Assembly: GCA_950097015.1 (NCBI GenBank) | Contig: CATNEN010000038.1 | Span: forward strand, 33,790,001 to 33,854,000 | Direction: 5' to 3' | Source of the DNA: Macrostomum hystrix | Lineage: Eukaryota; Animalia; Platyhelminthes | DNA: 64,000 bases | In this document: piece after piece, positions 58,801-64,000 of the stretch | Position numbering within the stretch: position 1 is the first letter of the stretch | Layout: each line of letters starts with the position of its first letter | Position numbers and translations under genes: made by a program | Notes under the pieces: model-generated | Databases searched by the model: none | The model's input: the letters and a program-made list of their open reading frames with translations, nothing else | Told to the model about the DNA's origin: nothing

Positions 58801-61800
58801 GACAAGCACGTCGTGTTTGGCCAAGTCCTAGACGGTCAAGACGTTGTTAAACGCATTGAAAATCAACCGGTTAACGATAAGAAGCGTCCTCTTCAAGATG
58901 TCTGCATTGTGAATTGCGGCGAATTGGTGCCCAGTAAGTGACGTCCCTCTTCTTTTATTGACAAATATTTAAATAAATTCCTGTGGTTTAACATTTTAAA
59001 GCAAGATTTGGAAAAACTATTTGCCTTTTATGTTAAGGAGAGAATTTAAGACAGGACAAATAAGTGAAAATGAATGGGGAGAAATGGGAGAAGCGAGCAA
59101 TTAAGTGGTGAGGAGATAAGAAAGACGAGGAGAGACAGGGAAGGATATAAGAAAGGGCCTGAGAAAAAATGGGAGAGATAAGGCAAGGCAGAGATAAGGC
59201 AGGGGAGGGATAAGACAGGGGAGGGATAAGACGGCAGAGATAAGACAGGGAAGGGATAAGACTGGGAGAGATAAGACTGGGGAGGGATAGGACTGGGGAG
59301 AGATAAGACTGGGGAGGGATAAGACAGGGGAGGGATAAGACAGGGGAGGGATAAGACAGGGGAGGGATAAGACAGGGGAGGGATAAGACAGGGCAGGGAT
59401 AAGACGGGAGGGATAAGACTGGGGAGGGATAAGACAGGGAAGGGATAAGACAGGGGAGATAAAACAGGGGAGGGATAGGACTGGGGAGAGATAAGACTGG
59501 GGAGGGATAAGACAGGGCAGGGATAAGACGGGAGGGATAGGACTGGGGAGAGATAAGACTGGGGAGGGATAAGACAGGGAAGGGATAAGACAGGGGAGAT
59601 AAGACAGGGGAGGGATAGGACTGGGGAGAGATAAGACTGGGCAGGGATAAGACAGGGAAATGATAAGACAGGGGAGAGATAAGACAGGGAAGGGATAAGA
59701 CAGGGGAGAGATAAGACAGGGAAGAGATAAGACAGGGCAGAGATAAGACAGGGGAGGGATAAGACTGGGGAGGGATAAGACTGGGGAGGGATAAGACAGG
59801 GAAGGCATAAGACAGGGGAGAGATAAGACAGGGAAGGGATAAGACAGGGGAGAGATAAGACAGGGGAGAGATAAGACAGGGGAGGGATAGGACTGGGGAG
59901 AGATAAGACTTGGCAGGGATAAGACAGGGAAATGATAAGACAGGGGAGAGATAAGACACGGGGTTTGAAAGCTTACTAGTACGAATATTAATTACGTAGC
60001 ACTCCAATTAAAAAAATCCTGTTTTTGCCACTGGGACTTGATTGATTAATTAATTGACGTGTTGCTTTGAGTTGAGTATCCTCATAGTTAACAAAGCACC
60101 ACATCATAACAATTAATTCCAGTTCGTAAAAAGAAACAATCGGATGGCAACACTGAAGCGGCGCCTGCCGACGCAGACGATACTAAGAAGGCTAAAAAAG
60201 CGAAGAAAGATAAAAAGAAGAAAGAGAAGAAGGAGAAAAAGGCGAAGAAGGATAAGAAGCACAAGAAGGACAAGGAGAAAGACGGTGACAAAGAGGACGG
60301 AGAGTGAGTGGGCCGCTTATGTTAACTGATTTGTCTATATTAATGTGCCTACCGATTTAAGGCACTTTAGTGAAGCATGCAGTCTAGAAAGCATTCTAGT
60401 CTAGTATTCTAGTCTAGAATTAGCATCGACCAAAAGTAGATGCTCACCCTCCTATATATATTTGTTAAAAAGTCTTTTATGAATAATTAAATTCATAACA
60501 ATTAATAGCATTTGCCTCAATTGGGCCAGATGTGCAGCCGATGGCACAGCCGCAGCTACAGCAGCATCTGAAAGCTGCGTACGACTGTTCAGTCCATGGA
60601 CTGGGGGGGGGGCGCCACACCCACCCTCAATTACCCGAGCTAATGCTGGCACCCACTTAACAGCTTAGTAAACTGAAGCAATTTAGAGTTAACAGAGGTT
60701 CTACTGTTAAATGTCTTGCTAAATTACTGCAAATTGTTCTCGTGGATTCGGAAATCGAACCTCCAACCTTCAAGTCGTTTTTCCGACACTCTAACCGCTG
60801 GACTGACTACGAGTACACCCCATTGATTTAGAGTTTTAGATGTTTTGTGTTTAGAGTCAACTTAGGCTACGAAATATTTAGATCTAGTTTGGGCTAGTTA
60901 GAAACTCCAGCAGCTACAAACGCAGCCTCCCCCCTCATTAAAATTCCATCAGGCTGGTTGACGATGAGCCGCTCTGCAGCGTCCGACCAGACGAGATTCC
61001 GCCTTCGCCGCCTGGCCGAAAATTTCTCAGCCGTTTCACTGGACCGCCGAATGATGGCCAATCAGCTGCTAGACGGTTAGTTAAATGCTTCTTATTTACG
61101 CTGCAATAATGCGTTTGATTCTACTATTAGTAATCTGGCTTTATTTAATGGCATTCTCGACAGAATTCGACGCAACGAATCGCCCGAGCGTTTCGCCGGC
61201 CGCAGCTACAGCCAACGACATTCTGGTCGAGCTCGAGCCGACGACAGTGGACTCAAAGTCAAAGGGCGGGGCCACATGGTGAGTGCGACATGATTTGCTG
61301 ATACATGCCACCCTCCAGTACGAGAATAATCACACTGTACAAGCCAGCCCACCTTCCGAACACTGTACAAACCAGCCCACCTTCCGAACACTGTACAAAC
61401 CAGCCTAACTTCCAAACACTGTACAAGCCAGCCCACCTTCCGAACACTGTACAAACCAGCCTAACTTCCAAACACTGTACAAACCAGCCTAACTTCCAAA
61501 CACTGTACAAACCAGCCTAACTTCCAAACACTGTACAAACCAGCCTAACTTCCAAACACTGTACAAACCAGCCTAACTTCCAAACACTGTACAAACCAGC
61601 CTACCTTACAAACACTGTACAAACCAGCCTAACTTCCAAACACTGTACAAACCAGCCTACCTTACAAACACTGTACAAACCAATCCAGATCCGTACACTG
61701 TACAAACTAGCCTAACTTCCAAACACTGTACAAACTAGCCTAACTTCCAAACACTGTACAAACCAGCCTAACTTCCAAACACTGTACAAACTAGCCTAAC

Positions 61801-63719
61801 TTCCAAACACTGTACAAGCCAGCCCACCTTCCGAACACTGTACAAACCAGCCTAACTTCCAAACACTGTACAAACTAGCCTAACTTCCAAACACTGTACA
61901 AACCAGCCTAACTTCCAAACACTGTACAAACCAGCCTAACTTCCAAACACTGTACAAACTAGCCTAACTTCCAAACACTGTACAAACCAGCCTAACTTCC
62001 AAACACTGTACAAACCAGCCTAACTTCCAAACACTGTACAAACCAGCCTACCTTACAAACACTGTACAAACCAGCCTAACTTCCAAACACTGTACAAACT
62101 AGCCTAACTTCCAAACACTGTACAAGCCAGCCCACCTTCCGAACACTGTACAAACCAGCCTAACTTCCAAACACTGTACAAGCCAGCCTACCTTACAAAC
62201 ACTGTACAAACCAGCCTAACTTCCAAACACTGTACAAACCAGCCTACCTTACAAACACTGTACAAACCAATCCAGATCCGTACACTGTACAAACTAGCCT
62301 AACTTCCAAACACTGTACAAACCAGCCTAACTTCCAAACACTGTACAAACCAGCCTACCTTACAAACACTGTACAAACCAATCCAGATCCGTACACTGTA
62401 CAAACTAGCCTAACTTCCAAACACTGTACAAACTAGCCTAACTTCCAAACACTGTACAAACCAGCCTAACTTCCAAACACTGTACAAACTAGCCTAACTT
62501 CCAAACACTGTACAAGCCAGCCCACCTTCCGAACACTGTACAAACCAGCCTAACTTCCAAACACTGTACAAACCAGCCTAACTTCCAAACACTGTACAAA
62601 CCAGCCTAACTTCCAAACACTGTACAAACCAGCCTACCTTACAAACACTGTACAAACCAGCCTAACTTCCAAACACTGTACAAACTAGCCTAACTTCCAA
62701 ACACTGTACAAGCCAGCCCACCTTCCGAACACTGTACAAACCAGCCTAACTTCCAAACACTGTACAAGCCAGCCTACCTTACAAACACTGTACAAACCAG
62801 CCTAACTTCCAAACACTGTACAAACCAGCCTACCTTACAAACACTGTACAAACCAATCCAGATCCGTACACTGTACAAACTAGCCTAACTTCCAAACACT
62901 GTACAAACCAGCCTAACTTCCAAACACTGTACAAACTAGCCTAACTTCCAAACACTGTGCAAACTAGCCTAACTTCCAAACACTGTACAAACCAGCCTAC
63001 CTTACAAACACTGTACAAACCAGCCTACCTTACAAACACTGTACAAACCAGCCTACCTTACAAACACTGTACAAACCAATCCAGATCCGTACACTGTACA
63101 AACTAGCCTAACTTCCAAACACTGTACAAACCAGCCTAACTTCCAAACACTGTACAAACTAGCCTAACTTCCAAACACTGTGCAAACTAGCCTAACTTCC
63201 AAACACTGTACAAACCAGCCTACCTTACAAACACTGTACAAACCAGCCTACCTTACAAACACTGTACAAACCAGCCTACCTTACAAACACTGTACAAACC
63301 AATCCAGATCCGTACACTGTACAAACTAGCCTAACTTCCAAACACTGTACAAACCAATCCAGATCCGTACACTGTACAAACCAGCCTACCTTACAAACAC
63401 TGTACAAACCAATCCAGATCCGTACACTGTACAAACCAGACCACATCCACAAATTGTACAAACCAGCCCACATCTGTACAACAGCCCCCCTCCGTACATT
63501 GCACAAACCAGCCACCTTCGACACACTGTACAAAGCATCCTGTACATCCTCAAACCCGTCTGCTCTCAAGCGCTATCGCGGCTTTTCTCAATCGGCTTCG
63601 TCTGGCGACGATACGCCGCCACATTGGAAGGCAGCTTCGCGGGGCATCAAAAAAATGACAGACGATGATTGGCGTCAGTTTCAACGCAATCGCGAATCAG
63701 CAGCTGTCATTGCGTCTGC
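55811..63719 (+). CDS. PPIG: SR-type cyclophilin (PPIG/NKTR-like), 3' partial. Exons 55811-55868, 55965-56039, 58340-58492, 58610-58697, 58773-58933, 60123-60303, 60953-61075, 61164-61278, 63571-63719
   Basis: [68 protein letters not shown], a Lys-rich tract, EIPP, KVKGRG.MRYR and TPPHW, the last motifs being typical of PPIG/NKTR. Confidence 0.9.
56163..58196. repeat. 34-bp G-rich intronic minisatellite, ~60 copies
   Basis: Unit GGGGTTGGGGCATCAAAGACACGCTGAAGGTTCA. Confidence 0.97.
59105..59960. repeat. ~16-bp purine-rich intronic minisatellite
   Basis: Unit CAGGGGAGGGATAAGA and variants. Confidence 0.95.
60505..60812 (-). mobile_element. tRNA-derived SINE copy 2
   Basis: Homologous to 42794-43090 (GGCCAGATGTGCAGCCGA...AGTCCATGGACTGG...AATCGAACC); boundaries approximate. 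Confidence 0.8.
61333..63535. repeat. 28-bp intronic minisatellite with ~5 recurring variants
   Basis: Core ACACTGTACAAAC followed by CAGCCTAACTTCCAA or variants. Confidence 0.97.
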
Positions 63720-64000
63720 GTGAGTACTATATTCCTGCCAATTTAACAGTAGGACTACCAAGCCATTTTGCCGCCCGTTTTTATACCAAGGGGGGAATTC
63801 CCCCCCCGACAATTTTTTTGCTGCACCCGAACGGAACAATGCAAGCACACGAAACTCAAGAACACGGACCAACTTTTTGTTGCGCATCTTCTGAAACAAG
63901 AAACAAGTCGCCAGCTCGATCTTCAGACCGTCGAGATATTCAATGTTTCTGGCCGAAGGTCCGATTTTTCCCATAAGAGCTAGTGTATTTTATACACCCC

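Noticed and set aside
59033-60007. 324-aa and 235-aa minus-strand ORFs
   Set aside because: Translations of the 16-bp minisatellite antisense to a cyclophilin intron.
61333-63535. CRISPR-like array (constant core with variable spacers)
   Set aside because: The spacers are ~5 recurring related variants of 14-15 nt, the array is in a eukaryotic intron, and there are no cas genes.

Overview
Repeat-rich animal genomic DNA with GT-AG introns and minisatellite-filled introns. The style suggests a flatworm such as Macrostomum, but that is only an inference. Host genes: a 12-exon gephyrin on the minus strand (15175-36066, intron 1 of 17.5 kb), an intronless DEG/ENaC channel (45115-46962, -), a Janus/Ocnus (PHPT1-family) gene (51016-51570, +), an SR-type cyclophilin, PPIG/NKTR-like (55811 to beyond the window end, +), and a probable two-exon orphan gene. 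The rest is nested mobile DNA: two CCC-terminated EnSpm/CACTA-type elements, two independent ~2.3-kb solo LTRs, a Harbinger, a P-like element, MITEs, two SINEs, a Helitron 3' end, a Gypsy remnant and six non-coding tandem arrays. Two features stand out. (1) A 10.9-kb TIR-bounded hAT-like element inside gephyrin intron 1 carries a zinc-finger + tyrosine-recombinase + PWWP gene, followed by an array of palindromic 57-bp units. (2) A 703-bp internally deleted non-LTR element starts exactly at an HDV-like ribozyme fold and has an AUG-less leader ending in a ubiquitin C-terminus mimic (LHLVRRLRGG) just before the APE endonuclease. All calls were made by eye; no database searches were run.
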